The notes under the pieces were generated by a model. That model had not been told where the DNA came from. It worked only from the letters and a program-made list of their open reading frames with translations, and did no database searches. Positions 37,446 through 47,934 of a DNA stretch of 64,000 bases are shown here, one piece after another. Position numbers and translations under genes: made by a program. The DNA comes from Dehalococcoidia bacterium (GTDB taxonomy: Bacteria > Chloroflexota > Dehalococcoidia > Plut-88900), in NCBI GenBank assembly GCA_965207225.1, contig CBDBLV010000002.1, forward strand, positions 320,001-384,000, given 5' to 3'. Every line of letters begins with the position of its first letter. Position 1 is the first letter of the stretch.

Positions 37446-40189
37446 TTAGTTTCTACGGTCTGTAACCGAAGGTTCTCGTGCCAACTCACGGCGGATGGTT
37501 GCAATCCAGTCCGGGTCCAAACCTAAGGCCTGGACAACGGCGTCGTCGATTTGGTGCCGCACGGGGTCTTCGTGAATGTTGGGGAAGGGTTGGAGGGGTT
37601 GGCCTTGCAGCCAGTCAAACCATCCGTTCATCAGGTTCAGTTCGGCTTCTCCCAAGGCGGTGAAGTCGGGGATAGGGAGGGAGCGGAGGGTATCGAGGGA
37701 GAAGGAGGGGTATGAAGGCTTACGGTTATCCCGACCACCCAGCATAGTTAACAATCCTGGAGTGGAGTTTAGATATATGCAAATGGCCTTAGCCAATGCC
37801 GGATCATGTGGACGGCAAGGCGTCCAAATTGAACCAACTGCACGTTCCGCTAACATTACAGCTGCTACCCGTGCCAAAGGTAACCAGAGCCGATGTGGTA
37901 GAAGAAGATTACTGCGCTGCTCCCAATACTTGTCGGCGAGTTTTATCTTGGACGGTTTGGGCTCTATGTATAGGTCGGTCCCAGCCCGCATGGATTGAGT
38001 GATTTCCGTCTTGTGATGCCAGAGGGCGCGGCGAGCGGATGCTGTGGGCATTTCTGATTTGGTATAGGCGTCGCGGATGCGTTGACCTGCCGGGCCAACC
38101 TTGGCCAAGGACTCTAGGGTTGTACTTGACACCGAGAACGGGCTCTCCTCGGTAAGAGTCCTATAGGAGTCTACAAGGAAAGGAGAGAGGAAATTGACAG
38201 CGAACCAGTCACCGCGCTCAATTCGGTCAGCGTTAACGCGCTGAATTGTGAAGTCATGAGATGCCTTAGCATCGCTCTTGGTCACCTGGTCAATTCTGGC
38301 GGCGGTATCCAAGGCGTCGACGGGGGAAGCCGGATTACGGGCGAGGTTGATGACGCGGGTCGGGGGTTTGGGCTTCTTTTTATCCCACCTGCGACACACC
38401 AAAAGCACCTCTCCGATGCTGGTGTTCTCCGAGAAATAAATGCGTTCAGGATCATGGGAACTTACAATAACGTCTACATGGAACCGCTTTGCGAGATATC
38501 GGCGTAACGCCGAGTTTCCCGGCGCGGTGGGGACCACCGATGGCATGATTAAGGCAAGAGTGCCCGAGCCTGATTTGAGCAGTTTGTTTGCCAAGACCGT
38601 AAACGGGCCACCAGATGAGTGCAGACGTGCGGCTGCGCGTTCAGGGCCTGCCGCTTCCCTAAGAAACCAAGGAATTTCAAGGTTGTCTCCCAAGATTTCC
38701 TTTTCACGGTCTTTGATGGTCATCTCTTCATCGGGACTAAACTGGTCATGCCGAAGGCTATCGCGAGTAAATGGAGGATTCATTATTACAAGATCCATGG
38801 GAGGGGGCAGATCAGATACTTCCTGCTCTGCATCCACCTGTTGAGTGGCAGTATTCCGGTCCCAAAGCGGTATTGGACCCTCCAGAAGTTCAAGGGAACC
38901 AAGGAAGGGATGTCCATCGAATACCCCTAGCTTAGCGCGATGAATATTCATGCGAGAGAACGAAGTCTTGGGTGACAGCATACCCAGCGTCGTGGCGGCC
39001 ATGTGTGTAGCAGTTACATTGACGTCGTAACCCCAGAGAACGTCTTCTACAAGGCTCAGGCCCAGAGCCTCTTCGTCTTCCGGGTCACCGCGTCCAGCGG
39101 CGTTGCGAAGATCACGTATGCGTTCAGCGGCAGCCATCAGCAAGGTGCCAGTTCCGCAGGCGGGGTCGCAGATACGAAGATTAGCCACAGCATTGGGATC
39201 TGACCAGTCTAAGTCATTTTCTCTCAATGCTAGAGAAGCCAGAAGCACTGCGGCAGCGGTGGAAGTATAGAAGGAGCCATCGTATCGCGCTGTATCTAGG
39301 ACACGGTGAAAAATACGGCCAAGCAAGTCATGTCTTAGGCCTGTTACAAGTTCAGATACTTGGGTAACAACGATCGCCAGTTGCGCAAACTTTGGGCAGT
39401 ATCCAAATCAATGGACAATGCGTCCAGGGCTGCTCGTCCAGTCTCGAATACCGGGCGATAGTCGACGGCCAAGATTGCCAGCCATGCTTCTCGGAAGGCA
39501 CTGATTGGGGCTGGCTGCAAGGCACACTCACTAACGGTGGCCGGAGGCCAAGGGCCTTGGTAGCTGGGAGGGGGATCCACAGGGAGATGCTCTTGAACAC
39601 GTTGGTGGAACAACATCGCCGTTGCTACAACCAACATTCCGCGCTTGGCCGCCACAAGATATCGATCTTTCTGTTCTCCCCTGCCCGACTTAGTGGGTGG
39701 GAGATCGAGAGCACGAGCGACACCGCGCCTCACCATTATCTTCAGTCTTTGAACCATTGCGTCCAAGCTATCAGATAGGGTTCGGGCCGCCAAGTCTGCT
39801 CCACTCAGGGAGTTGGGCGCCTGCTGGACAGCTCGTGCGAGTTGCTCTATTCCACCTTCTGCCCAGCCACGGACCGGTTCTCCCGGCTTCAAGCGCAGCG
39901 TCCATGTAAGGGTTGCATCGGGTAGATTAGATTGTGTGACATCTTCCGGATAACAGACGGCAAAGACTACGGTGGTCAAACCTTGCCGGAGACGGGCGTC
40001 AGCGTCCTTAATGGCCTGAGCTTTGCGATGAAATCCAGTCTCAGCTTCCAAAACGACGCGGAGGCCATCGACATCTGAGACCACATCCATCTTCTTTCGC
40101 GCAGTCCTTCGCTCAAAGTCAGCAGGAACTCCGCGTTCGGTCAGAAGTCGGGCTAAAGCCTCGTTAGTAAACTCTTCGTCTTTTTTCAC
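37446..40189 (-). pseudogene. Fused restriction endonuclease / N6-adenine methyltransferase (type IIG-like), split by a 1-nt frameshift near 39380
   Basis: 5' ORF has D..EAE nuclease-like motif; 3' ORF has DPACGTG and NPPF; the 3' frame is open upstream of its listed start (LAIVVTQVSELVTGLRHDLLGRIF) and overlaps the 5' frame. Confidence 0.75.
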
Positions 40190-40344
40190 TGGTACAACCT
40201 TGCTAAATCCAAGGTCTCAGTATAGCTTTCGCATCGGGGTAATCTCAATCCTCAATCGTCTCGCTTAATAAATGGGTTTGAAGGCTGGTACAATCGGCGG
40301 AACGGGGGGCGCAGGACGCACTGTTGTGGAAAGGAGCGAGTCAA

Positions 40345-41481
40345 ATGGCAGACTACATGGTTATTTCCGCGGATTCTCATGCGAATGAACCTGTCGAGCT
40401 GTATGAGCGTCTGCCGGAGGAGTACCGGGCCCGAGCCCCTCGGGAGGTGATGGAGGACGGCCACCGATACCTGAGGATCGAGGGGGCGGGCGACTTGCCA
40501 TTGGATGCGCCCAATCCGCTGACTGAAGAAGACATGCGCCGGTTCTTCCGGGACGCGGAAGAGGGGCAGGAGCTTATCGCCAGCAACCCTAACGACCTGG
40601 CCGGGGGGATAGACATTCCGGTCAGATTGTCGGACCTGGAGGAGGATGGGGTGTCGGGGGAGGTGATCTACCCGCAAGGGATCTTCAAGGCGTTTGCGTC
40701 ACCGGACCCGAGGTTTCAGAGGGCCATGACCAGCCTGTACAACGACTGGTACCACGAGATATTCGGTGAGCATTCGGACAAGTTTGTGACGTCGGCGCTG
40801 CTGCCGATGGTTGATATCGGGATGGCGATAGAGGAGGCGAAGCGGGTGGCGGGGCTGGGGGGACGTTCATTCTCGGTGCCCATCAGCATGCCGTTGCTGC
40901 CATACAACTTCCCGGACTACGACCCGTTCTGGGACCTGGCCGAGGAGACCGGCGTGCCCGTGGCCTTTCACGTATTCACCAAGGGCCCGAGCGACCAGCC
41001 CCGCACCGGCAGAATAGCCGGCGGTCCAGGGGAAGACCTGTTCACCGAGATCATAGACATGGCCCACGCCATGAACCCTCTGACGCTTCTGGTGGCATCG
41101 GGGGCGCTGGAGAAGCATCCGGAGATGAAGTTCGTACTGGTGGAGGGAGGGGTGGGGTGGCTGGCCTGGGTGCTGCAGACACTGGACGAGATGCAGATAA
41201 AGCGGCACATGTGGGCCCAGCCCAAGCTGAACATGAAGCCCAGCGAGTATTTCCATCGGCAGGGCTTCGCTACCTTTGGGGACGACCAGGTTGGGCTGAT
41301 GACCAGGTACGTGATCGGGGTGGAGAACCTGATGTGGGGCAGCGACTACCCCCACGACGAAGGCACTTTCCCCCACTCCCGAGAAGTGATCGAGCGCACA
41401 TTCAAGGACGTGCCGGAGGACGAGAAGCGGAAGATAGTGGGTGAAAATGCGGCGAGGCTTTACGGGTTCTCGGTGAACTAG
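40345..41481 (+). CDS. Amidohydrolase family 2 protein, paralog 1
   Basis: ISADSH, EVIYP, VEGGVGW, MWGSDYPHDEGTFP. Confidence 0.9.
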   Translation: MADYMVISADSHANEPVELYERLPEEYRARAPREVMEDGHRYLRIEGAGDLPLDAPNPLTEEDMRRFFRDAEEGQELIASNPNDLAGGIDIPVRLSDLEEDGVSGEVIYPQGIFKAFASPDPRFQRAMTSLYNDWYHEIFGEHSDKFVTSALLPMVDIGMAIEEAKRVAGLGGRSFSVPISMPLLPYNFPDYDPFWDLAEETGVPVAFHVFTKGPSDQPRTGRIAGGPGEDLFTEIIDMAHAMNPLTLLVASGALEKHPEMKFVLVEGGVGWLAWVLQTLDEMQIKRHMWAQPKLNMKPSEYFHRQGFATFGDDQVGLMTRYVIGVENLMWGSDYPHDEGTFPHSREVIERTFKDVPEDEKRKIVGENAARLYGFSVN

Positions 41482-41504
41482 GGGCCCGGACGTCAGGAGG
41501 AGAT

Positions 41505-42638
41505 ATGTCGGACTACAAGGTCATATCAGCGGACTCACACAGCAACGAACCGGCGGAGATATATGAGAGATTGCCGGTCGAGTATCGGGCTCGAGCACCT
41601 CACGAGGAGACCATAAACGGTGAGAGGTTCCTGGTCTACGAAGGCCAGGCCCCGATGCCCGTGCAAGCTCCCAACCCGCTGAACGAAGACGACATGAACC
41701 GGTACTGGCGGGACGGAGAAGACCTCGGGAGGCAGCAGCACCGGGAGGGCGGAATGGACATCCAGGTGCGATTGGACGACCTGGAGAAGGATGGAGTCAG
41801 CGCCGAGGTGATCTATCCCCAGGCAGTTTTCAAGATGTTCTCCTCCCCTGACGCGGGATACCAGAAGGCCCTGGCGGAGCTGTACAACGACTATCATCAC
41901 GAGGTGTTCGGCGATCACTACGACACCTTCGCCGTGACCGCCGAGATTCCCATGCTGAACATCGAGGATGCGATTGGGGAGTCGAAGCGGGTGGCGAAGA
42001 TGGGATACAAGAGCCTGTCGCTGCCGTGCGAGATGCCGACCAAGCCCTACAATCACCCGGACTACGAGCCCTTCTGGGATACGGCGGAGGAGCTGGGTAT
42101 GCCCCTGGCCTTCCACGTGTTCACCTCGGGGCCGGACCCGGCGGCTGAGGCAGCGCGAGACCAGTACGAGCGGGCCACGGGGGTGGGGGAGGACCATCTC
42201 GGGAGCATAACGGGAATGGCGGCGGCCATGGGCCCGACCATCATGCTGATCGCGTCTAACGTGCTGGGTCGGCACCCGAAGATGAATTTCGTCCTGGTAG
42301 AGTCGGGGGTGGGGTGGCTGGCGTGGGTGCTCCAGTGCCTGGACGAGCTACACGAAAAAAGGCACATGTGGGCTGTGCCTCACCTTGAGCTCCCGCCCAG
42401 CGAGTACTTCAAACGGCAAGGGTACGCGACGTTCGGGGATGATCTGGCAGGGTTGTTGACACGACAGATTACGGGGTCGGACTGCCTGATGTGGGGCAGC
42501 GATTACCCCCACGACGAAGGGACGTTCCCCCACTCCCGAGAGGTGATAGAGCGGATATTCAAGGATATACCGGAAGAAGAGAAGATGAAGATAGTGGGCG
42601 GTAACGCAGCGAAGTTGTACGGGTTCTCGCTATCCTGA
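41505..42638 (+). CDS. Amidohydrolase family 2 protein, paralog 2
   Basis: Same motifs; colinear with paralog 1. Confidence 0.9.
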   Translation: MSDYKVISADSHSNEPAEIYERLPVEYRARAPHEETINGERFLVYEGQAPMPVQAPNPLNEDDMNRYWRDGEDLGRQQHREGGMDIQVRLDDLEKDGVSAEVIYPQAVFKMFSSPDAGYQKALAELYNDYHHEVFGDHYDTFAVTAEIPMLNIEDAIGESKRVAKMGYKSLSLPCEMPTKPYNHPDYEPFWDTAEELGMPLAFHVFTSGPDPAAEAARDQYERATGVGEDHLGSITGMAAAMGPTIMLIASNVLGRHPKMNFVLVESGVGWLAWVLQCLDELHEKRHMWAVPHLELPPSEYFKRQGYATFGDDLAGLLTRQITGSDCLMWGSDYPHDEGTFPHSREVIERIFKDIPEEEKMKIVGGNAAKLYGFSLS

Positions 42639-42688
42639 CCAATCATTGAAAAGGGCCACGAAACCAAGAGATAGAGAGGCATTCGAGT

Positions 42689-43105
42689 ATGCAGCCATCG
42701 GAACAGATCGAGGAATTTCTGAAGAAGGTGCAGGTGGGCGTCCTGTCGACCGTAGATTCGAAGGGGAGACCTCACTCAATCCCCATGTGGTGCCTGTACG
42801 AAGACGGCGAGTTCGTGATGAGCACGGGCATCGGGTCACAGAAGCACAAGAACGTACAGAACAACGAGAACGTGATGCTGGTGTTCGACCAGAGAGAGAC
42901 CCCGTATTACGCGGTGATGGTGAGAGGGATAGCGAGGGTAGAGACAGCACATAACACGGAGATCATCCAACGAATCGCACGCGCGTACCTGGGACAGGAA
43001 GGGGCCGACAGCTACCTGTCGGGGCGGGACTATGGCACGGAATCGGCGACGATACGGGTGACGCCTACCAGGTTCATCGAATACCACGGTCTGAGCGGCA
43101 GATAA
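42689..43105 (+). CDS. Pyridoxamine 5'-phosphate oxidase-like (PPOX, probably F420-binding) protein
   Basis: LSTVDSKGRPHSIPMW, QKHKNVQNNENV, YAVMVRG. Confidence 0.82.
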   Translation: MQPSEQIEEFLKKVQVGVLSTVDSKGRPHSIPMWCLYEDGEFVMSTGIGSQKHKNVQNNENVMLVFDQRETPYYAVMVRGIARVETAHNTEIIQRIARAYLGQEGADSYLSGRDYGTESATIRVTPTRFIEYHGLSGR

Positions 43106-43145
43106 AGCACCCGACCGAGTCCTCAGAAAACCGGGAGGCGTCCAG

Positions 43146-44759
43146 ATGGACCTAGTATTCCTCGGCGGAAACGTGATGACCATGGACCGGGCCGCGACGC
43201 GGGCCGAGGCCCTCGCGGTCAGGGATGGGAAGATAGCAGCGGTCGGGGCGACGGCGGAGGTCTCGGGCATGGTGTCGGAGGGGACGGAGATAATACCGCT
43301 CGCGGGGCGGATGCTGATCCCGGGATTCGTCGACCCGCACAATCATTTCTCGGCGACGGTGTTCGACCCGGTGTCGGTAGACTGCTGGACGCCTCCTCAC
43401 GGAAGCATCACGGGAATCAAGGATGCGATAGCCCGGGCGGCGGGGGCTGCGCTGCCGGGCCAGTGGATTTTCGGGTGGGGGTTCGATGGCGACTACGTCA
43501 GTGAGGGGCGAAACCTGACGAGTCGGGACCTTGATGATGCGGCACCCGACAACCCCGTCTGCATCATGGACGGGTCTCATCACAGCTGCTATGCCAACTC
43601 GATGGCGATGGAGTTGGGTGGGATAGATGCCAACATGCCCGACCCTCGGGGTGGCGAGATTCTGAAGGATGGACAGGGAAGGCCGTCGGGGGAGCTGTGG
43701 GAGCGAGCGATGGACCCTGTCCACTCACTGTGCCTGAAAGACCACGTGGACCGTCACGGGGAGAGAGGGGCCGAGTTCGTGTATCGGAACTCGATGAAGC
43801 ACCTGTCGGTGGGGATTACGTCGGTCGGGGAGGCGCTGGTCACGCCCGACGCGGCCCGCCTTTACAAGACGGCCGATGAACAGGGCAAGATTCCCATAGC
43901 TCTCCGGCAGCAGTTGGGCGGACTTACCTTCTTCAAAGCGCCCGAGGAGGCGTCCAGGGGCGAGTTGGGGATAGAGGACACGTCGGACAGGCTGCGGGGC
44001 GGAACGTTGAAGATGTTCATGGACCCGGTGTTTCCAGATGCAGCGAACTTCAAATGCCACGATAACGGAGAGATGGAGCGAGTCGGGACGATCTACTACT
44101 CGCAGGAGGAGGCAGACGAACTGGTGGTTTCGGCGCACAAGCTGGGGATGCAGGTAATCATCCACTGTCTCGGGCCCTGGGCAATCGAGCAGGCGTTGAA
44201 CTCATTCGAGCGGGCGCTCAGGGAGAAACCGGTCTCCGATCCGCGCTTTCGGATCGAGCACTTCACCATGCCGACCCGGGAGCAGATAGAGAGAGCCAAA
44301 GCCCTGGACGTGATAGCCTCGGTGCAGCCTCCATTTATCTACACGTGGGCCGACAGGCAGGCCGTCCGCGCCAAGGAGCTGGGCCGGACGTTCGGGATTG
44401 AGCCGTACCGAAGCATGATAGATGCCGGGCTGACGGTGGCGGGAGGGTCGGACAACCCGTGTGCGCCCCTGGACCCGCTTATCGGGATACGGGCTGCGGT
44501 GAATAGAGTGGCTCGCAAGACAGGTGAAGCCGTATCGACCGAGGAAGCCGTAACGCCGATGGAAGCGCTGCGGATGTACACGATAAACGGGGCAGTGGCG
44601 CTGAGGAGGGAGTCAGAGGTGGGGTCTCTGGAGGTGGGAAAACGGGCCGACATGGTGGTGCTGGGGCACGACCCCACGCAGGCGAACCCGGACTTCATTA
44701 CGGACATAGCCGTGGAACGCACCTACGTTGACGGCAAGTGTCTTTACAGCAGGTACTAG
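43146..44759 (+). CDS. Amidohydrolase, YtcJ-like (amidohydrolase_3)
   Basis: PGFVDPHNH, HCLG, RIEH, GGSDNP, GSLEVGKRAD. Confidence 0.9.
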   Translation: MDLVFLGGNVMTMDRAATRAEALAVRDGKIAAVGATAEVSGMVSEGTEIIPLAGRMLIPGFVDPHNHFSATVFDPVSVDCWTPPHGSITGIKDAIARAAGAALPGQWIFGWGFDGDYVSEGRNLTSRDLDDAAPDNPVCIMDGSHHSCYANSMAMELGGIDANMPDPRGGEILKDGQGRPSGELWERAMDPVHSLCLKDHVDRHGERGAEFVYRNSMKHLSVGITSVGEALVTPDAARLYKTADEQGKIPIALRQQLGGLTFFKAPEEASRGELGIEDTSDRLRGGTLKMFMDPVFPDAANFKCHDNGEMERVGTIYYSQEEADELVVSAHKLGMQVIIHCLGPWAIEQALNSFERALREKPVSDPRFRIEHFTMPTREQIERAKALDVIASVQPPFIYTWADRQAVRAKELGRTFGIEPYRSMIDAGLTVAGGSDNPCAPLDPLIGIRAAVNRVARKTGEAVSTEEAVTPMEALRMYTINGAVALRRESEVGSLEVGKRADMVVLGHDPTQANPDFITDIAVERTYVDGKCLYSRY

Positions 44760-44774
44760 AGCAGGCTGGGAAGC

Positions 44775-46352
44775 ATGACTGAAAAGACGGAGTACGACAT
44801 CATAATCGTCGGGGGTGGGCACAATGGGTTAACCGCGGCCGCGTACCTGGCCGAGGCCGGAATCAACGTGCTGGTGCTGGAACGGCGGGACGTGGTGGGT
44901 GGGGCGGCGGTGACCGAGGAGTTGATACCCGGGTTCCGGTTCTCCACGGCCTCGATGTTCCTGGGGATGATGCAGCCGAAAGTCGTTGAAGAACTGAAGC
45001 TGAGGGACTACGGGTACGAACCGTACAGCGTCGATCCGCCTTACACATTCCTGTTCCCGGACAACTCTTATCTTTGCGCCTGGAACGATCCGGACCTGTT
45101 GAGGCAAGAGATCGACAAATTCTCATCGAAGGATGCGGACGCGTTCTTCGAGCAGCAGCGGTTCATGCAGCGGTACATGGAGTATATTCGGCCGTATTTC
45201 CTGAGGAAGCCCCCGACGGTGTCCGAACTGGCTGCCCGGTTCAAGACTCCCGAGGAAGAAGAGGCCTACCGGACCATCATGTATGGGTCGGCGGGGCAGA
45301 TTGCGCTGGACAATTTCGAGTCGGACGCGGTGAGGGTGATGGCCACGGGGCTGGCGGCTTCGGGGAACGACATCTCCCTGTTCAGCAAAGGGAATATGTT
45401 CAAGGCTATGTGGGCGAACATGGCCGAAGCCACAGGGGTGCAGGGGGTATGGGGATTCAGCCGGGGCGGCATGGGGGCAATCACACAGGCGATAGCGGCG
45501 TCGGCGGAGGAGAGGGGGGCGACGATCAGGACGGGTGCGGAGATAGAGGAGATATTGGTAGAGGAGAGTCGGGCGACGGGTGTCGTGCTGACAACGGGAG
45601 AAGTGATCCGGGCGCGGGCGGTGGCCTCGAACGCGGACCCAAAGAGGACTTTCCTGAAGCTGGTACCGGGAGAGAATATCCAGCCCAGCATCAAGCGCGA
45701 CGTGCAGAACCTGAGAATGAGGGGGAGCCTGGCCAAGGTGTTCATCGCACTGAATCAGAGGCCCGAGTGGAAGTGCTTCGAAGGGGAGGATGTCGGGACT
45801 CGGGACCAGGGGTTCATGGGGCTGGTACCTTCGATCGAATTCGTAGAGGAGTCCCGGGTGCAGGCGCTGAAGGGCGAAATGCCGGACAAGATATGGACGT
45901 TCCTGCACGTGCAGTCCCTGACGGACGACTCGCTGGCTCCACCAGGAAAGCACGCCATGACGTGCTACTTCCAGCATGTTCCCTACGAGCTGGCGGAGGG
46001 AAGCTGGGACGATGAGGCTACCAAGCGGGACCTTGCCGACCGGTGCCTGAACCACCTGAGGGACTACATGACCAACCTGGACGACATCATGATCGATTAC
46101 GTGGCGTTCGGGCCCCGGGACATAGAGGACCGGTTCTACCTGACCGAGGCCACGATGCACCACGGGGACATCACGCCCGACCAGATGTTTTCTCTCCGTC
46201 CGTTTGCGGGGTATTCGGACTACCGGACGCCGGTGAAGAACCTGTACCTGTGCGGGTCTGGGGCGTTTCCGGGTGGATCGGTGTCGGGGGCGCCGGGGCA
46301 CAATGCGGCGCAGGAGATCATCAAGGACTGGAGGGAGGGGTTGATAGGGTAG
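44775..46352 (+). CDS. Phytoene desaturase-like NAD(P)/FAD-dependent oxidoreductase
   Basis: VGGGHNGL, GGMGAIT, YRTPVKNLYLCGSGAFPGGSVSGAPGHNAA. Confidence 0.9.
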   Translation: MTEKTEYDIIIVGGGHNGLTAAAYLAEAGINVLVLERRDVVGGAAVTEELIPGFRFSTASMFLGMMQPKVVEELKLRDYGYEPYSVDPPYTFLFPDNSYLCAWNDPDLLRQEIDKFSSKDADAFFEQQRFMQRYMEYIRPYFLRKPPTVSELAARFKTPEEEEAYRTIMYGSAGQIALDNFESDAVRVMATGLAASGNDISLFSKGNMFKAMWANMAEATGVQGVWGFSRGGMGAITQAIAASAEERGATIRTGAEIEEILVEESRATGVVLTTGEVIRARAVASNADPKRTFLKLVPGENIQPSIKRDVQNLRMRGSLAKVFIALNQRPEWKCFEGEDVGTRDQGFMGLVPSIEFVEESRVQALKGEMPDKIWTFLHVQSLTDDSLAPPGKHAMTCYFQHVPYELAEGSWDDEATKRDLADRCLNHLRDYMTNLDDIMIDYVAFGPRDIEDRFYLTEATMHHGDITPDQMFSLRPFAGYSDYRTPVKNLYLCGSGAFPGGSVSGAPGHNAAQEIIKDWREGLIG

Positions 46353-46359
46353 GGGGGAG

Positions 46360-46760
46360 GGGGACGACCCGCCTGTAATCTCTACGAAGCCCCGCCGCCG
46401 TCCTAGACGCCCACGAGGGACGCCCCTACGGGGGAGCGTCCATACCTAGGTGAGTTGGGAGACCTGCACCTCCCCTCCCCAGATTCCTCACTGCCGTTCG
46501 GAATGACATGGGCGGCGTTCGGGATGACGGAGGGGCTCAGGGAGGGGGGCGGCCTCGGGCGATGCGGGGTTGGGGAGGTGGGGGTGGTGATGGATGGGCG
46601 GGATGCGGGCCGACCGCCGCTCGCGCTTCGAGGGCCTCAGCACGAGCGGCCCCACCGCCGGAGATGGATTCCCGATCGGGGTCGGGAATGACGGAGATGG
46701 GGGAGGGGAGGGTATCGATGTGGGTGGCGTCCAGGGTACCCACAAGGGGCACCCCTACGG
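46360..46760. repeat. Cluster of GTAG-, CGTC- and TTCGA..CTCAG-type palindromic repeats
   Basis: CCCCTAC-ending hairpins 46405-46429 and 46733-46758; GGAATGAC hairpins 46481-46508 and 46665-46693; GCTTCGAGGGCCTCAGCACGAGCGG at ~46625. Confidence 0.8.
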
Positions 46761-47892
46761 GGGAGGGGAGGGTGTCGGCGTCTTCATCGTCATCAGGGTC
46801 TGGGTCATAGTCGTCGTCTTCGTCGTCGGGATTGTCATCATCGGGGTCATAGTCGTCGTCTTCGTCATCGGGGTCTGGGTCCTCGTCTTCGGTGTCGAGG
46901 CCTTTGAGTAAGTCGGGGTTGAGGTAGGCTTCGGCGATGAACTTCTGCATGGCCTCGCTCTCCGCGAGCCTTTGGTTTTCTTCCTGGGGCCAGGGCTCGT
47001 CGGGGTCGATGAGGCCGTAGCGCCAGCGATCCTTCAGGGGGAGGAGCATTCTCCAGGGCCACCATTTGTCTCCGGGCCGGGCCATGCGGACGAGCACGAG
47101 GTCGCGGAAGTCGAGGTCGCCTCTGTCTACGTTGTCCTGGAAGACTTTCTTGATGAGGTTGTCTATTTGCTCTTCGTCGGTGAGCTGCTTGGGGGCCTTG
47201 GCCTGGGCGGTGTAGGCCCGGATGATGAGCCGGAGGCATCGGTTGATCTGGGTGTAGTCGAGGGGGCGCGTGCTCAAGAGGCGGTTGGTCAGGGAACGGA
47301 GGAGGGCGATTTCGCCTTCGATGTCCGGGCTGTCGAGGGACAGCCGGGGCAGGGAAGGGGAAGTGTGGGACAGGGAGCGGCGTCGGTTGGGGCGTCGGCC
47401 CCTGGGCCTTCTACCGCGCCCGACGGGGCGGGAAGTCTTCCGCGGCCTGGAGCCGCGGGCATCCGTGTCCTGGTAGGTAGCCTGGGCACGGGGACTCTTC
47501 CGCGGTGCAGCACCGCAGGCATCCGCTTCTACGCCCGGTGAGGCGGAGCGGGGGTTCTTCCGCGGCCCGGTGCCGCAGGCATCCGCTTCTACGCCCGGTG
47601 AGGCGGAGCGGGGACTCTTCCGCGGCTCAGCACCGCAGGCATCCGCTTCTACGCCCGGTGAGGCGGAGCGGGGACTCTTCCGCGGAGCAGTGCCGCAGGC
47701 ATCCGTGCCCTGGCAGGCAGCCTGGGTACGGGGATTCTTCCGCGGTCTGCGGCCGCGGGCATCCGCGAGGGGGTCGGGCTTGAGGAGACCAACCGCCTCT
47801 TGAGCAGGCGCCCCTTTTTGGGGGCGTCGGGGGCCCGGTTTGGCGGGCCCGCTGTTTGACAAGGTCTTGTTGTGAGTTTTGGGTGTAGACAT
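46537..47892 (-). CDS. Hypothetical protein: basic repeat-rich N-terminus, helical core (DIEGEIALLR), acidic tract, repeat-derived tail
   Basis: 451-aa ORF after a strong promoter; the central ~150 aa look globular. Confidence 0.6.
   Translation of the reverse strand: MSTPKTHNKTLSNSGPAKPGPRRPQKGAPAQEAVGLLKPDPLADARGRRPRKNPRTQAACQGTDACGTAPRKSPRSASPGVEADACGAEPRKSPRSASPGVEADACGTGPRKNPRSASPGVEADACGAAPRKSPRAQATYQDTDARGSRPRKTSRPVGRGRRPRGRRPNRRRSLSHTSPSLPRLSLDSPDIEGEIALLRSLTNRLLSTRPLDYTQINRCLRLIIRAYTAQAKAPKQLTDEEQIDNLIKKVFQDNVDRGDLDFRDLVLVRMARPGDKWWPWRMLLPLKDRWRYGLIDPDEPWPQEENQRLAESEAMQKFIAEAYLNPDLLKGLDTEDEDPDPDDEDDDYDPDDDNPDDEDDDYDPDPDDDEDADTLPSPVGVPLVGTLDATHIDTLPSPISVIPDPDRESISGGGAARAEALEARAAVGPHPAHPSPPPPPQPRIARGRPPP
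47429..47766. repeat. 60-bp tandem array of six CTTCCGCGG-N7-CCGCRGGCATCCG units
   Basis: Exact 60-nt period visible in consecutive lines 47401-47761. Confidence 0.92.
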
Positions 47893-47906
47893 TAGGTCTG
47901 AACGTT

Positions 47907-47934
47907 AGTATAGAACGTATATGGTAGATGTCAA
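47907..47934 (-). promoter_or_regulatory. Sigma70-type promoter TTGACA-N16-TATACT
   Basis: Near-consensus, 14 nt upstream of ATG 47892; homologous to 5016-5043. Confidence 0.65.

Noticed and set aside
39370-39400. Programmed ribosomal frameshift or phase variation in the R-M gene
   Set aside because: No X XXY YYZ heptamer or simple-sequence tract at the junction
47429-47766. CRISPR array
   Set aside because: Linkers are repeated rather than unique, variation sits inside the repeat hairpin, the array is in frame in an ORF, and no cas genes are present
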